A stretch of 50,767 bases of DNA from Antechinus flavipes (GCF_016432865.1 NC_067400.1:623906001-623956767), one strand, 5' to 3'. Positions 1 to 13,102 are shown, counted from the stretch's first letter. Notes: generated from the sequence alone by a model not told the origin. Made by a program: numbers and translations.

Positions 1-1557
1 ACTACCTATCAATTGCAACCATTATATGACATTTTAAGAGGAGACACTGCTTTAAACTTACCATGCCAGCTTACAAAAGAAGCTCAAGAGGCTTTGTGAG
101 AAGTTGAAGTGGCTTTATCCAATGAGATTGAAAGAGTCATTCAAAAACCCTTGGAAATATCAGTTTTTGCCACACAAGAGGCACCCACAGCAGTCCTTCA
201 TCAAGGAGACAGTGTGATAGAGTGGGTGAACCTCCCAGCACAACCAGAACAAAGCCTTACTTCTTATCCAGGGATTGTGGCTAGAATTTTAATAAGGGCC
301 TTTAAGTGAGCAGTACAATTATCAGGGATAAGATCTGACAAGATATACACCTTTTATACTAATGCACCAATTAATGTATGCTGTGAGACCATCCCAGAGT
401 GGCAAATTTTATTGGCCTTGGCTCCAAATTTTACACATGGGTCTCCATTAAAGAGAACCAGACTATGACATAATTGGCGATGAATTCTTGAAGAAAAGGT
501 TTCTAAGGTTCCTCTTAAAGAACCAACTATCTTTACAGATGCATCCAAACATAATATTTGCGCTGTATACTCTCGTGACTTAATTATAAAGATAGAACTC
601 CTTTTCAGTCCACTCAGCAGAATGAATTGTATGCAATCATCCTAGCTCTTACTTATTATCCAGGCAATATAAATATAATATCTGATTCAGCCTATTCAGT
701 AGGTGTGGTACAAAGAATTGCCACAGCCCAAATAAAATTTGCAGCCTCTAATATATATCAGCTCTTTAAGAAACTTCAAGGGCAAGTGAGAAAGCATCCA
801 GATAAGATTTATATCTTGCATGTCCACATGTAGCGGACTTTCAGGTCCAATTTTTGAGGATAATTCAAAGGCAGATAGCCTTTTAACTATGCTGGCCAAT
901 ACTCCTTTATTCCAAGAAGCCCAGGCATCTCATTCTAAATATCATCAGGCTGCTCAAGCTTTATGTTTGCAATTTGGAATAACAAGAGAGGAAGCTAGGA
1001 GCTTAGTAAAAACCTGTGTAGCTTGCCTTCCTTTCCATGCTCCTACACTGCCTCCAGGGAAGAACCCTCGTGGTTTGAGACCTAATGAAATCTGGCAAAT
1101 GAATGTGATCCATTATGAATCTTTTGGTCGCCTGTCTTTTATCCACGTTGTGGTAGACACCTTTTCAGGATTCACTTTTGCCATACCAGCCGCAAAAGAG
1201 ACAGCCCGAGTGGTCACTGAATTCCTCACACAAACATTTGCAATTATGGATGTGCCACAAGCAATAAAAACAGATAATGGACCTGTGTATACTTCTAAAC
1301 ATTTTGCACACTTTTGTGCACAGTATAAGATTTTACACACCACTGGCATACCTTTTAATCCTCAAGTACAGGCAATAGTAGAGAGGAGAAATAGAGACAT
1401 TAAGACGCTCCTCCAAAAACAAAAGAAAGGGGGAGCCACAGGTAACCCTAGAGAACTTCTAAATCTAGCCCTTTATATTATTAACTTCTTAATTTTTGAC
1501 AAAGAGGCTCTGGCAGACAGGTTTTATAACCTACCGGAAGGACAGTGTCCTATGTGA
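1..1557 (+). mobile_element. pol: Decayed ERV pol (betaretrovirus-like/ERV2): RT thumb-connection, RNase H, integrase; multiple stops and frameshifts
   Basis: From base 1 reads TTYQLQPLYDILRGD (betaretroviral RT thumb). PTIFTDASK at ~521-547 and ALTYYPGNINIISDSAY in ORF 627-833 are RNase H motifs. ORF 820-1557 has HSKYH...CVAC (HHCC zinc finger), WQMNVIH, VVVDTFSGF, KTDNGP and VERRNRDIK (integrase core). Stops, e.g. at 307-309, and frameshifts near 60 and 830 break the frame. Confidence 0.93.
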
Positions 1558-2234
1558 CTCATGGACATAGAAAACTGTAGGACTTCAAAATCCTCAGGAA
1601 TCATTGGAATCCTTGAGACATGAAAAACTTGTTGTAGGATTTGAAAACCACAGGAATCACTGGATTTTCTGAGAACTGATAAGACTTGCATTCTTATCTG
1701 CTGGATATCATTGGATTCCATAACACATAAAAAGACTGTTGTAAAACTTCAAAAACTTCCAGGGATCATTGGATTCCCTGGCACGTGAAGCAATGGACAA
1801 TAGTTTGGTTTTGGATTATCTCTTGGCTGCTGAAGGAGGCATATGTGTGACTGTTGTTTACATACCCTCCTTCTAGGACTTCTGGAAATCTTTTATAACA
1901 CCATGTTGACTCATACTATTTGCACGGACAATTCATGTTTGTTACACCACATCGAGCCTGTACTGACTGTGGGGAGAGTCATCACTGCTAGTCTGTGTGT
2001 TATTGCTATGTGCCTGTGTAATACCTCCCATGCTGATGGGTTTGTGCATACCTGTTTCTAATAAGACCCTTCAGCCCAAAAACCAGCTAGCAACCCCCAC
2101 TTCCCTTTGGTTCTTTTCATCTCCCTTTCTGAGAAGTCAGGGAGGGTGTGATTACCTCCTTTTGGGGGCTCTCACCTCCCTGAGAAGTCAGAGATGGCAT
2201 GACCATGTGTTCTAAAACAAAAGAAAGCAGAAGA

Positions 2235-2579
2235 TGTAAAGCACTGAAAACTCTTGCGTTCATGCACTGAGGTCAGACAACTGAGCACTTAAGGCTAATT
2301 ACTTATTGGACAATATTCTATTAGCATATGCTTGGAAAATGGCCCACTCCACTATTTTGTGCTGGCTTGATCTGTTAGTGTAGACAGAGAATTGTAAGTA
2401 GGATTAGAGGGTGGAGTAAGACAAGCCAGAGTGACTCCTGACTGGGAGAAGAAGAAGAGAGGTGTGGAGATTCCTGTATCCATTCCTCTCATTTTGAACA
2501 AGAATAAAGACCAAGGATTTTTGCTTATCCTGACTCCGACTGATTCTAAAGTATCCAGAGTGTTAACTTGGTCCTCACA
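2235..2579 (+). mobile_element. 3' LTR of the ERV (345 bp), preceded by a polypurine tract
   Basis: Purine run AAAACAAAAGAAAGCAGAAGA ends at 2234. The LTR starts TGTAAAG (2235), has AATAAA at 2503-2508 and ends ...CCTCACA (2579). L1 ORF1 sequence resumes immediately after. Confidence 0.8.
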
Positions 2580-4097
2580 GAAAAGCATGAAAAAAAAAAA
2601 TAGAAGACAATGGGAAGCATCTCTTTGGGAAAACAAGTGAGACTGAAAATAGATTCACGAGACATAACTTAAAAATTATTGGACAACCTGAAAACCATAA
2701 GAGTCTAGACATCATCTTTCAGGAAATTGTCCAGGAAAACCAGAAGGTAAAATAGAAATTAAAAGAATCTACTGATCATCTCTGGAAAAAGATCACAAAA
2801 TGAAAATTCCCAGGAATATTATAACCAAATTCCAAAGCTCCTGCCTCAAGGAGAAAACACTGCAAGCAGCCAAAGGGAAAAAATCAAATATTGTGGCGCC
2901 ACCAAACAAGATTTAGCAGCTTCTGCATTAAAGGGTTCGAGGTCTTGGAATATATTTTAGAAGGCACAGGAGCTATGATTACAATCAAGAATAACCTATC
3001 CAACAAAAAAATAATCCTCCAGGGGGAAAAATGTATATTCAATGAAATAAAGGATTTTTAAGCATTCCTGATTTAAAAAAGACCAGAGCTGAATAGAAAA
3101 GCTGACTTTCAAATACAAGACTCTAGAAAAAGCATAAAAAGGAAAACAGGAAAGGAAAATCATAATGAAGTTAATTAGATTAAATAAGCTATTTATATTG
3201 CTACATGGGAAGACGGTTATATCTCATTAGAACTTTCTCGTTATTAGGGCAGTTAGAAAGAGTATTGGGGGGGTAAAGGTGATGCTGAAATGTAAAGGAA
3301 AAGTTTTTTTTAAATTAACGAGTAAGAAAGAGTAAGAAAGTTATGTAGTAGGGAAAAGGGAAAGGAGAGGTAGAACGGGACAAATTAACATACATAAAAG
3401 AGTCCAGAAAAAGCTTTTACATTGAAGGGGAACAGGAGAGAGGTTAAGAGTTAGTGAATCTTACTCTCCTCTGAATTAACTCAAAGAAGGAATACCATAT
3501 ATATTCAAGTGGGTGTAGAAATCGATCTTACTCTACAGAATAGTAGGAGGGGAAAGGCAAGGGGAGAAGGGAGGAAAGATCGAGGAGGATTAGTATTGAA
3601 AATTGAGTGGATGCCCATCAATGGACACCAAGGGAATGGTTGAATAAACTGTTGTATGTAATTACGATGAAATACTATTGTGCTGTTTTTGCAATATTAT
3701 AAGATGAGCAGCTGTGAATGATATAATTATTCTCAGCAGTACAATGATCCAAGACAACTCTGAAGGACTTATGAAAAATGCTATCCATACTGAGAGGAAG
3801 AACTGATGGTTTCTGAGTGCAGATTAATTACATTAAAAATTTTTTTTCTTGAGGGTTTGTTCTTTTTTGGTCTATGTTTTCTTTCACCACATGACTGGAA
3901 ATGTTTTTTTTTTTTTTTTTTTCATGAATGGACATGTATAATCTATCTCAAATTGCTTGCATTCTCAATGAGGGGTGCGGAGTGGGGAGGGAGAAAAGGA
4001 ATCTGGGATTCAAAAAGTTTTGAAAGTGATTTCAAATATTGTTTTTGCATTTAACTGGGAGAAATAAGACACTAAATATAATTTTTAAAATAAAAAA
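2580..4097 (+). mobile_element. Decayed L1 composite (ORF1 C-terminal part joined to a 3' UTR piece)
   Basis: ATGAAAAAAAAAATAGAAGACAATGGGAAGCATCTC matches the L1 ORF1 segment at 9481. ORF1-like PRNII/KEKTLQAAK remnants at ~2810-2870. An A-rich tail near 4085-4098. Confidence 0.75.
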
Positions 4098-5196
4098 AGA
4101 TCTTGTGAGACTGACAACTGATATTATTCTGAGTCTGACTTTACATATGATAATCAAGGAATGCTATTGATCCAGAATGCCAGCAACTCTATGGAGTTTT
4201 AGATCCATGAAGGGCAAGTGGAACTCTTGTGGAAAAGGCTGGGAGAATGACTGATAACATGAGCTGAGGTAGGATTCTTTTGACTCAGTATCCCCGACAT
4301 GACATTTCTACATTCCACCTTGCTGACTTAAACCTGACTCAATGTAATTGCCCATCTATATCACTTTTGCCCAGAATTGACATCAAAATAAGGGAACATT
4401 TTCCTCCTGTCCCCATTCTTTTACAGCAGATTTCTATAATCACAAAGTTTTATTAGTACAATACTAACTCTAATAAATAATAGATTGATACTGGAACAAT
4501 TCTGAGCCTTTATAATAGGATGCAAGAATAAACACCATACAATTTTAATCTGCATTTATGATCAAAATATTTTATAGGGACAATATTCTCCAAAGAGGAG
4601 AATGATTAGAAAGGCAATGTGAAATTTTTTTAATTAAATGGAATAGCAAATTTTGAGAAAAGCAGCAGGACTAGACTGTTTTCTCTAAGAACAACACACA
4701 GATTGATCATTTAAAAGGCAGAAGAGGAGGCCATAAATGAGCTTCCTTTAAAAAGCACTAGAAATAGATTTACAAGTATATTTTATCGAACAGCATATCA
4801 AGTACAGGATTTAGGTAAGAATAAAAACAAGTTATATAGGAATTGAAATTCTTTGAAGATTCAAGATTGGAGAACCAAATTTAAGTGACTGTATTAGAAT
4901 GTCAGACTCTCTAGATTTGGAACCCAACAGAGTGTTTGTTGCTAAGAATAAAGGACAACCACAGATTTGTCCAAGAAAAAGATATCTAAAGATCAAATAA
5001 CTACGTGAAGCATCTGGGACTTTCCCTTCTGCATATCTGTTTCCATAACCAACTGTTCATGCATGTGCTGTTTTGGCTTTGGCCTTTCCCCCCTGCCACC
5101 ACAAGCTAGGAGAATGTTGGGAGCTAGCCAGACCAGATCTAAGACTGTATTATAGAGTAACAGTCATAAAACAATATGATGCTGGATAAGAAGTAG

Positions 5197-6085
5197 AGTG
5201 GTGATTTCTAGCCATATGAAAAGATGCTCCAAGTCATTATTAATCAGAGAAAAGCAAATTAAGACAACTCTGAGATACCACTATACATCTGTCAGATTGG
5301 CTAGAATGACAGGGAAAGATAATGCGGAATGTTGGAGGGTATGTGGGAGAACAGGGACACTGATACATTGTTGGTGGAATTGTGAATACATCCATCTATT
5401 CTGGAGAGCAATTTGGAACTGTGCTCAAAAAGTTATCAAACTGTGCATACCCTTTGATCCAGCAGTGTTTCTACTGGGCTTATCCCCCAAAGAGATACTA
5501 AAGAAGGAAAAGGGACCTGTATGTGCCAAAATGTTTGTGGCAGCCCTGTTTGTAGTGGCCAGAAACTGGAAACGGAGTGGATGCCCATCAATGGGAGAAT
5601 GGCTGAATAAATTGTGGTATATGAATGTTATGGAAAGTTATTGTTCTGTAAGAAATGACCAGCAGGAGGATTTCAGAAAGGTCTGGAGAGACTTACATGA
5701 ATTGATGCTGAGTGAAATGAGCAGAACCAGGAGATCATTATATACCTCAACAACAATACTGTATGATGATCAATTCTGATGGACGTGGCCATCTCCAGCA
5801 ATGAGATGAACCAAATCAGTTTCAATAAAGCAGTAATGAACTGAACCAACTACGCCCAGCGAAAGAACGCTGGGAGATGACTAGGAACCACTAGATAGAA
5901 TTCCCAATCCCTCTATTTTTGTCTGCCTGCATTTTTGATTTCCTTCACAGGCTAATTGTGCACTGTTTCAAAGTCCGATTCTTTTTGTACAGCAAAATAA
6001 CGGTTTGGACATGTATACTCATTTTGTATTTAATTTATACTCTAATATATTTAACATGTATTGGTCATCCTGCCATCTAGAGGAG
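5197..6085 (+). mobile_element. 5'-truncated LINE-1 3' end (ORF2 C-terminus plus 3' UTR), marsupial type
   Basis: ORF 5198-5779 (HMKRCSKSLLIREKQIKTTLRYH...CWRVCG..GTLIHCWWNC...W..WLNKLWY) is the L1 ORF2p C-terminal Cys-rich region. The 3' UTR is near-identical to copies at 8357, 11989 and 15270. Confidence 0.93.
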
Positions 6086-6089
6086 GGTT

Positions 6090-6585
6090 TGGAATATGAT
6101 ATTCCAGAGGGCAAAAGAGCATAGAATCAGGAAGTACCTCTCCAACAAAACTGACAATAATCTTTCAGAGGGGATGTATATTTGGGGAAATAAAGGATTT
6201 TCAAGCATTCCTCATGAAAAGACCAGAACTGAATAGAAATTTGACTTTCAGTTACAAGACTATAGAGAAGCATAAAAAGGAAAACAGGAAAGAAAAATCA
6301 TAAGTAATTTCATAAGGTTAAAGTGTTTACTTAGCTACATGCGTAGATGATATTTGTAACTCATAACAACTTTCTCAATATTAAGACACAAGGAGTATGT
6401 ATAGACTGAGGACACAGGTATTAGTTGCATGGGATGAGCTGATATCCAAAAAGTAAAATTAATGGGTGAGAAAGAAATGGAGGGAAAGGGAGAGGTAGAA
6501 TGGGGTAAGTTATCGAGCATTAAAGAGGCAAGAAAAAACTTTTACACTGGAAGAGGAAGGAGGTTAAGTGGGTATGGGTGAATCT
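6090..6585 (+). mobile_element. Decayed L1 ORF1 end / inter-ORF fragment
   Basis: GGAATATGATATTCCAGAGGGCAAAAGAGC and GGAAAACAGGAAAGAAAAATCATAAG align by eye with 2940-3170 and 10261-10470. Confidence 0.7.
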
Positions 6586-7204
6586 ATAATCACATGGTTT
6601 TATATAAGTACAAGACTAAATCAATTAGAGCTTGATACTGGATCATCTCTGAGCTTTTATAATAGAACGTAAGCATAAATATGGTATACTTTCAGCCAGC
6701 ATTTGTGATCAAATGATAATGTAGGGATAATATCCGCCAAAGGGTCTCCCCTTAGACAAGGGGATGTGAAAAATTTCTAATTAAATAGAATAGCAAATTT
6801 TGAGAAAAGCAGCAGAACTAGACTGTTTCTCCAAGAACTACACACAGATTGATCGTTTTAAATGTCCATAATTAGCTTCCTTTGAAAAAAAGCACTAAAA
6901 CCAGACAGACTTACAAGTATATTCTATCAAACAGTATATCATGTATAGGATTTAGGTAAGAACAGAAACAGCAAGTTAGATGGGAAATGAAATTCTTTGA
7001 AGGTTCAAAATTGGAGAACAAAATTAAATGACTATGTTAGTTTAGTCAGAGCCTCTAGATTTGGAACCTAAGAAGTAGGTAGAGTATTGCTGGGAATAAA
7101 TCATATTGAAACGTCTGGGACTATCTGCATCCTCTGTTCCCCCTAACCAACTGTTCCTGCCTGCTTTGCTTTGGCTTTGGCCTTTTCCCTGCCACCACAG
7201 GCTA

Positions 7205-7456
7205 AGAGCCAAACCATCCTAAAACTATGTTATAAAGCAGCGGTCACCATTGGCTAAGAAAGAGAGTGGTGGATCAGTGGACTAGATTAGGTGCAGAAGA
7301 CACCACAGTCAATGGCTAGAGTTATCTACAGTTTGATAAACCCAAAGACTGCAGCTTCTGGGATAAGAACTCACTATTTAACAAAAATTACCAGAAAAAC
7401 TGGAAAATAGTATGGCAGAAACTAGGGATAGACTAACGTCTCACACCCTATGCCAA
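7205..7456 (+). mobile_element. Decayed L1 ORF2 fragment
   Basis: Encodes YKAAVT..WL...VDQW.RLG and NWKIVWQKLG remnants, homologous to ORFs 13023-13250 and 13267-13506. Confidence 0.75.
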
Positions 7457-7883
7457 TGATGAGACAATGGTTGTCTGGTTTAGCACGGTGCTTAATAGTT
7501 CTCTAGTTCCGTATGATTGATTTAATCTTATAACAAATAATGGTTTCCTAGTGATAGAATGATTGATTTATATTCAGTATCTTGTAAATGATATAATTAT
7601 AATAGGGCATATAAGTTGGGACAAACTCAGCCAGGGGCAGAGCCAGACACAGACTCGGAAGGGGCAGAGCCAGATTCATTCACTCCATCTCACACCACCA
7701 TGGTGGCTGCTTCCCCCACCGAGACCAAGGCCAGTCTGAAAGGTTTTCCAGAAAGCCGCCCAGCCCCAGGCAAGGAAACAATAAAGACTTTTGGACTTTA
7801 ACATCTGGCTATTCTTGTGGTGATTACTCAACTGAAAGGAAGGCTGCTCCAAGATCTCCAGAAAACCAAACAAGATCTTTACA
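7457..7883 (+). mobile_element. Probable solo LTR (~430 bp)
   Basis: Non-L1 block starting TGATGAG and ending ...CTTTACA, with CATATAAG (~7608), a short internal duplication GGGGCAGAGCCAGA and AATAAA (~7780). No TSD found, so the ends are approximate. Confidence 0.55.
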
Positions 7884-8340
7884 CTGGAAGATTGCACAAA
7901 AACCTAGACAGACTTAGATGAATTGATGGCTAGTGAAATGAGCAGAGTCAGGAGGACATCTTAATAAGAGCAGCATTGTGTCACCTATTTTGATAGACTT
8001 TGCTCTTCTCAGCAATACAATGAACCATTCTAAAAGACAATTTTAGACAATTCTAAAAGACACATGGTGGGAAAATGCGATCTACCTCCAGAGAAATAAC
8101 TGGAATCTGAATATAGATTGAAGCATACTATATTCATTTTTTTGTTTGTTTTTTCTGTTTTTTTCCTTTTGTTCTGATTCTTTCACAACATTATTAATGT
8201 GGAAATATGTTTAATATGATTGGATATGTATTACCTAGATCATATTTATTTCCATCTTGGGGACAAGGAGGGGAAGGAAGAAGGGAAAAAATGAAAATCA
8301 AAATCTTTATCAAAGTAAGTGTCAAAAATTAATGAATTTT
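7884..8340 (+). mobile_element. Older L1 3' UTR fragment
   Basis: GAATTGATGGCTAGTGAAATGAGCAGAGTCAGGAGG resembles GAACTGATGCTGAGTGAAATGAGCAGAACCAGGAG of the younger copies. Confidence 0.6.
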
Positions 8341-8356
8341 TAAAATTACATCTTAA

Positions 8357-9221
8357 TAATGCTGAATGTTGGAGGGATTGTGGGAAAACAGGGACCCTAA
8401 TAGATTGTTGGTGGAATTGTGAATAATCCAGCCATTCTGGAGAGCAATTTGGAAGCTCAAAAAGTTATCAAACTGTGTATACCTTTTGATCCAGCAGTGT
8501 TTCTACTGGGCTTATCTCCCAAAGAGATCTTAAAGAAGGGAAAGGGACCTGTACGTGCAAGAATGTTAGTAGCAGCCCTCTTTGTAGTGGCCAGAAACTG
8601 GAAACCGAGTGGATGCCATCGGTTGCAGAATGGTTGAATAAATTGGGGCTTATGAATGTCATGGAATATTATTGCTCTGTAAGAAATGACCAGCAGGAGG
8701 ATTTCAGAAAGGCCTGGAGAGACTTACAGGAACTGATGCTGAGGGAAGTGAGCAGGGCCAGGAGATCCTTATATACTTCAACAATGATACTATATAATGA
8801 TCAATTCTGATGGACGTGGCCATCTCCAGCAATGAGATGAACCAAATCAGTTCCAATAGAGCAGTAATGAACTCAACCAGCTACACCCAGGGAAAGAACT
8901 CTGGGAGATGACTATGAACCACTACATTGAATTCCCAATCCCTCTATTTTTGTCTGCCTGCATTTTTGATTTCCTTCACAGGCTAATTGTGCACTATTTC
9001 AAAGTCTGATTCTTTTTGTACAGCAAAATAACTGTTTGGACATGTATGCTTATATTATATTTAATTTATACTTTAACATATTTAACATGTATTGGTCAAC
9101 CTGCCATCTGGGGGAGGGAGAGAGGAGAAGGAGGGGAAAAATGGGAACAAAAGGTTTGGCAATTGTCAATGCTGTAAAATTACCCATGCATATAACTTCT
9201 AAATAAAAAGCTATAAAAAAA
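8357..9221 (+). mobile_element. 5'-truncated L1 with poly(A) tail and 16-bp target-site duplication
   Basis: TAAAATTACATCTTAA at 8341-8356 and 9222-9237 flanks an L1 3' end that finishes AATAAAAAGCTATAAAAAAA. Confidence 0.93.
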
Positions 9222-9239
9222 TAAAATTACATCTTAAAA

Positions 9240-11430
9240 ACCAGTCTAAGACAAATGGTAAAGGAAGAACAAAAAGCTAATAAAGAGAAAAATGCCTTAA
9301 AATCAGAACTGAACAGATGGGGGAAAAAAACAAAATAATTCCTTTAAAAGTAGAATTGGACAACTTGGAAAAGGAGGTTTAAATGTTCACTGAACAAAAA
9401 ATTCCTTAAAAACTAGAATTGAGCAAATGGAAACTTAGATTTTATGAGACATCCAGAAACAATAAAACAAAGTGAAAAGAATGAAAAAATAGAAGACAAT
9501 GGGAAGCATCTCATTGGAAAAACAACTGATCCTGAAACTAGATCCAGGAGATTTAATTCAAAAATTATTGGGCTACCTGAAAACCATGCTCAAAATAAGA
9601 GCCTGTGTGGAAAGAGACTGTTAGCTAAAAACTAAAAGAAAAAGCTATAGGCCCCAGTCATGTGATTTTAGATAAGACCTCAACTGCATTCCTTTGTCCA
9701 AAGAAGAGATTATGGGCCAAAGATGTTTATCACCTTGTCTACTGCATTCCACTGACCAAATAGGGGAATACAGGCTTATGTGACCAATCACAGCATACAG
9801 AGGGCAGGATTTTGGAGGTTCTTGTCTGAAATGTATAAAAGCTGTGAAGATTCTCAAGGCTCTGGCTCTCTCCTGCTGTGAATTTGGCTCACAGACCAGG
9901 ATGGGGTCCGCTTCTCGAGATTCTAACAAATAATTCTGCTTTCTATGAGTGATCTCTGAGTAGTCAATTTGGGTAGGTCTTTTTGTCCCAAACAAGCCTA
10001 AACATCATTCAGAAAATCGTCCAGGAAAATTGCCCTCATGTTTTAGAACAAGAGAGTAAAACAGAAATTGAAGGAGTCCACTGATCATTTACTGAAAGAT
10101 TCCAAAATGAAAACTCCCTGGAATATTATAGCCAAATTCCAGTGCTCTTGGGTCAAGGAGAAAATATTGCAAGCAGTCAGAAAGAAAAAATTCAAATATA
10201 GTGGAGCCGCAGTCAGAATAACGCAAGATTCAGCAGTTTCTACATTAAAGGATTGGAGGGCTTGGAATATGATATTCCAGAAGGGAAAAGAGCTATGATT
10301 ACAACCAAGAATAACCTACCCAACAAAACTTGAGTATAATCCTTCAGGGGGAAAAGACTGATTCCTGATGAAAAGACTAGAACTGAATGGAAAAGTTGGT
10401 TTTCAAAAAAAAAAAAAAAAACTCTCAAAAAGCATAAAAAGGAAAACAGGAAAGGGAAATCATAAGGAATTTAAATAAGGTTAAACTGTTTATATTTCTA
10501 CTTGAGAATATGATACTTGTAACTCATAAGAACTTTCTCATTATTTGGACCGTTCAAAAGAGTGTATGTATAAATAGGAGGCACGGGAATGTAATGGAAA
10601 GATATATAAAAAATTAAATTAATGGATGAGAGAGTAATTTAGTGGGAGAAAGAGAAAGTGAGAGGTAGAATGGAATAATTATCAAGCCTTAAAGAGGCCA
10701 GAACAAGCTTTTATACTGCTGGGGAAGAGGAGGAAAGTAAGAGGTACTGAGTGAACCTCATTCAGTTCTGAGTTTGTTGGAAAAACATATGGAAATAAAT
10801 CTTACTCTGCAGGATGGCAGAGAGGGAAGGGGTTAAGGATGAACAGACTAGAAGGGAGGAGTGGGGAGTCAAAATTGGAAATTGAGTGCATGCCCATCAA
10901 TGGGCATCAAAGGGAATGGTTGAATAAACTGTCATAATGTAATTATGATGGAATACTACTGTGCAAGAAGAAACGAGCAAGAAGCTCCCAGAAAAATCCC
11001 AAAAGAGGTCCATGAGTTGAGGCAAAATGAAAAGCAACAACCATGTTGTAAGATGATCAACTGTGAATGACATAACTGTTCTCAGCAATACGATGATCCA
11101 AGCCAACTGAAGGACGTGTGACAAAAAATGCTCCCCATACCCAGAGGAAGAACTGATGGACTCGCTGCACACTGAAGCGTACTTTAAAATTTTTCCTGTG
11201 CGTTTTTTAAATTTTGATCTATGTTTTCCTTCACAATATGACTATTATGGAAATATTTTCATGACTGCACATGTATAACCTTTATTGAATTGATTACATT
11301 CTCAATGGGAATGGAGTGGGGAGGGAGGAAGAGAAAGAACCTGGAACTCAAGAGTTTTGAAAGTAAATGTTAAGAATTGTTTTTGCATTTAACTGGAAGT
11401 AAATAAAGTACTAAATAATTTTTAAGTGAA
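9240..11430 (+). mobile_element. Decayed L1 ORF1 plus 3' UTR composite, interrupted by a solo LTR
   Basis: ORF 10068-10298 (TPWNIIAKFQ, KEKILQAVRK, VRITQDSA, RAWNMIF) is the L1 ORF1p RRM/CTD region. The downstream part parallels 3130-4097. Confidence 0.8.
9604..9994 (+). mobile_element. Solo LTR (391 bp) with 4-bp TSD (ERV1-like)
   Basis: TGTGTGG...CCCAAACA flanked by AGCC at 9600-9603 and 9995-9998. CCAAT at 9784-9788, TATAAAA at 9834-9840. Removing it restores L1 ORF1 sequence (AAGAGCCTAAACATC). Confidence 0.88.
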
Positions 11431-11988
11431 AAAAGACCTTATGGAATTGATAACTGATATTATTCTGAGTCTGATTCCAGGTACGCTCATTAAGGAATGC
11501 TATTGAGTCAACATCCATGACTTCAACTTTATACATAGAATTTTCATGGAAAAGCCTGTTTCATGTTAGCATGAGCTGAGGTAGGATTCTCCTGACTTAA
11601 TTTCCCTAACATGACATATTCCACCTGACTGACAGTGCCATTGGCCATCTGTACCACTTTTGTCCAGAAGTGATGTCAAAATAAGGAAATCTTTCCCTTA
11701 TGTCACTATTCCTTCATAGCAAATTTCTATAATTACAAAGTACAATACTAAATCTATTCAATCATAAATGGATATTGGAACAGCTCTGAGTTTTTGTAAT
11801 GGGATGCAAGCATAAACACCTTATAATCTTAACCTGAATTTGTAATCAAATTATAACATAGAGAATATCTCCTCTGAAGGATGAATTCACAAAGCAATGT
11901 GAAAATTTTCTAATGAAATGGAATAATGAGTCTTGAGAAAATCTGAGAAAAACAGGACTAATATATTTTCTTTAAAAACTATACACAG

Positions 11989-12636
11989 GGCAGCCCTCTT
12001 TGTAGTGGCCAGAAACTGGAAACTGAGTGGATGCCCATCAATTGGAGAATGGCTGAATAAATTGTGGTATATGAATATTATGGAATATTATTGTTCAGTA
12101 AGAAATGACCAGCAGGAGGATTTCAGAAAGGCCTGGAGAGACTTACACAAACTGATGCTGAGTGAAACGAGCAGGGCCAGGAGATCATTATATACTTCAA
12201 CAACAATACTATATGATGATCAAGTCTGATGGACCTGGCTATCTTCAGCAATGAGATGAACCAAATCAGTTCCAATGGAGCAGTAATGAACTGAACCAGC
12301 TACACCCAGGGAAAGAACGCCGGGAGATGACCAAGAACCATTACATTGAATTCCCAATCCCCATATTTTTGCCTGCCTGCATTTTGGATTTCCTTCACAG
12401 GCTAATTGTACAATATTTCAGAGTCCGATTCTTTTTGTACAGTAAAATAACGGTTTGGTCATGTATACTTATTGTGTATCTAATTTATACTTGAATATTT
12501 TTAACATCTACTGGTCATCCTGCCATCTGGAGGAGGAGGTGGGGGGAAGGAGGGGAAAAATTGAACAAAAGGTTTGGCAATTGTCAATGCTGTAAAATTA
12601 CCCATGCAGATAACTTGTAAATAAAAAGCTATTAAA
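11989..12636 (+). mobile_element. 5'-truncated L1 with poly(A) tail and 15-bp TSD (13/15 match)
   Basis: AAAAACTATACACAG (11974-11988) versus AAAAATTACACACAG (12637-12651). ORF 11933-12229 is the ORF2p C-terminus. Confidence 0.9.
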
Positions 12637-12860
12637 AAAAATTACACACAGATTGATAATTTTAAATGGAAGAACAGATCAAAAATGAGTTTTCTACCAA
12701 AAAAGCACTAAAACAAGACAGATTTACAAGTATATTCTCTCAAACATATCAGGTACAGGATTTAGGTAAGAATAGGAACTGAAATTCTTTGTGAAAGTTC
12801 AAAATTAGAGACCGAAATTGAAGTGATTGTATTAGTTTCAGTCAGAACTTCCAGATTTGG

Positions 12861-13102
12861 AATCTGAGAAACAAATAATGGTCTCCTGAGAATAAAGCAT
12901 ATTGCCTAAGAAGAGATACCTGGGGACCAGATCACTACATGAAACATCTGGGACGACCCTTTCTGCATCCTCTGACCCCCTAATCTGAGAAACAAATAAT
13001 GGTCTCCTGAGAATAAAGCATATTGCCTAAGAAGAGATATCTGGGGACCAGATCACTACATGAAACATCTGGGACTACCCTTTCTGCATCCTCTGACCCC
13101 CT
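12861..13102. repeat. Near-perfect 121-bp tandem duplication
   Basis: AATCTGAGAAACAAATAATGG...CTGACCCCCT at 12861-12981 and 12982-13102, differing at about two positions. Confidence 0.95.

Noticed and set aside
820-1557. Functional or domesticated integrase
   Set aside because: The catalytic D is replaced by N, the C-terminal domain is absent, upstream pol is broken and there is no real ATG at 820.
4098-5105. Segment X as a taste, vomeronasal or olfactory receptor or CARD8 pseudogene
   Set aside because: Hand translation on both strands gave no family-diagnostic motif, so it is left as unidentified.
5198-5779. 193-aa ORF as a host gene (also 8419, 8613, 10068, 11933, 13267, 15215)
   Set aside because: All are fragments of L1 ORF1p/ORF2p in truncated copies.
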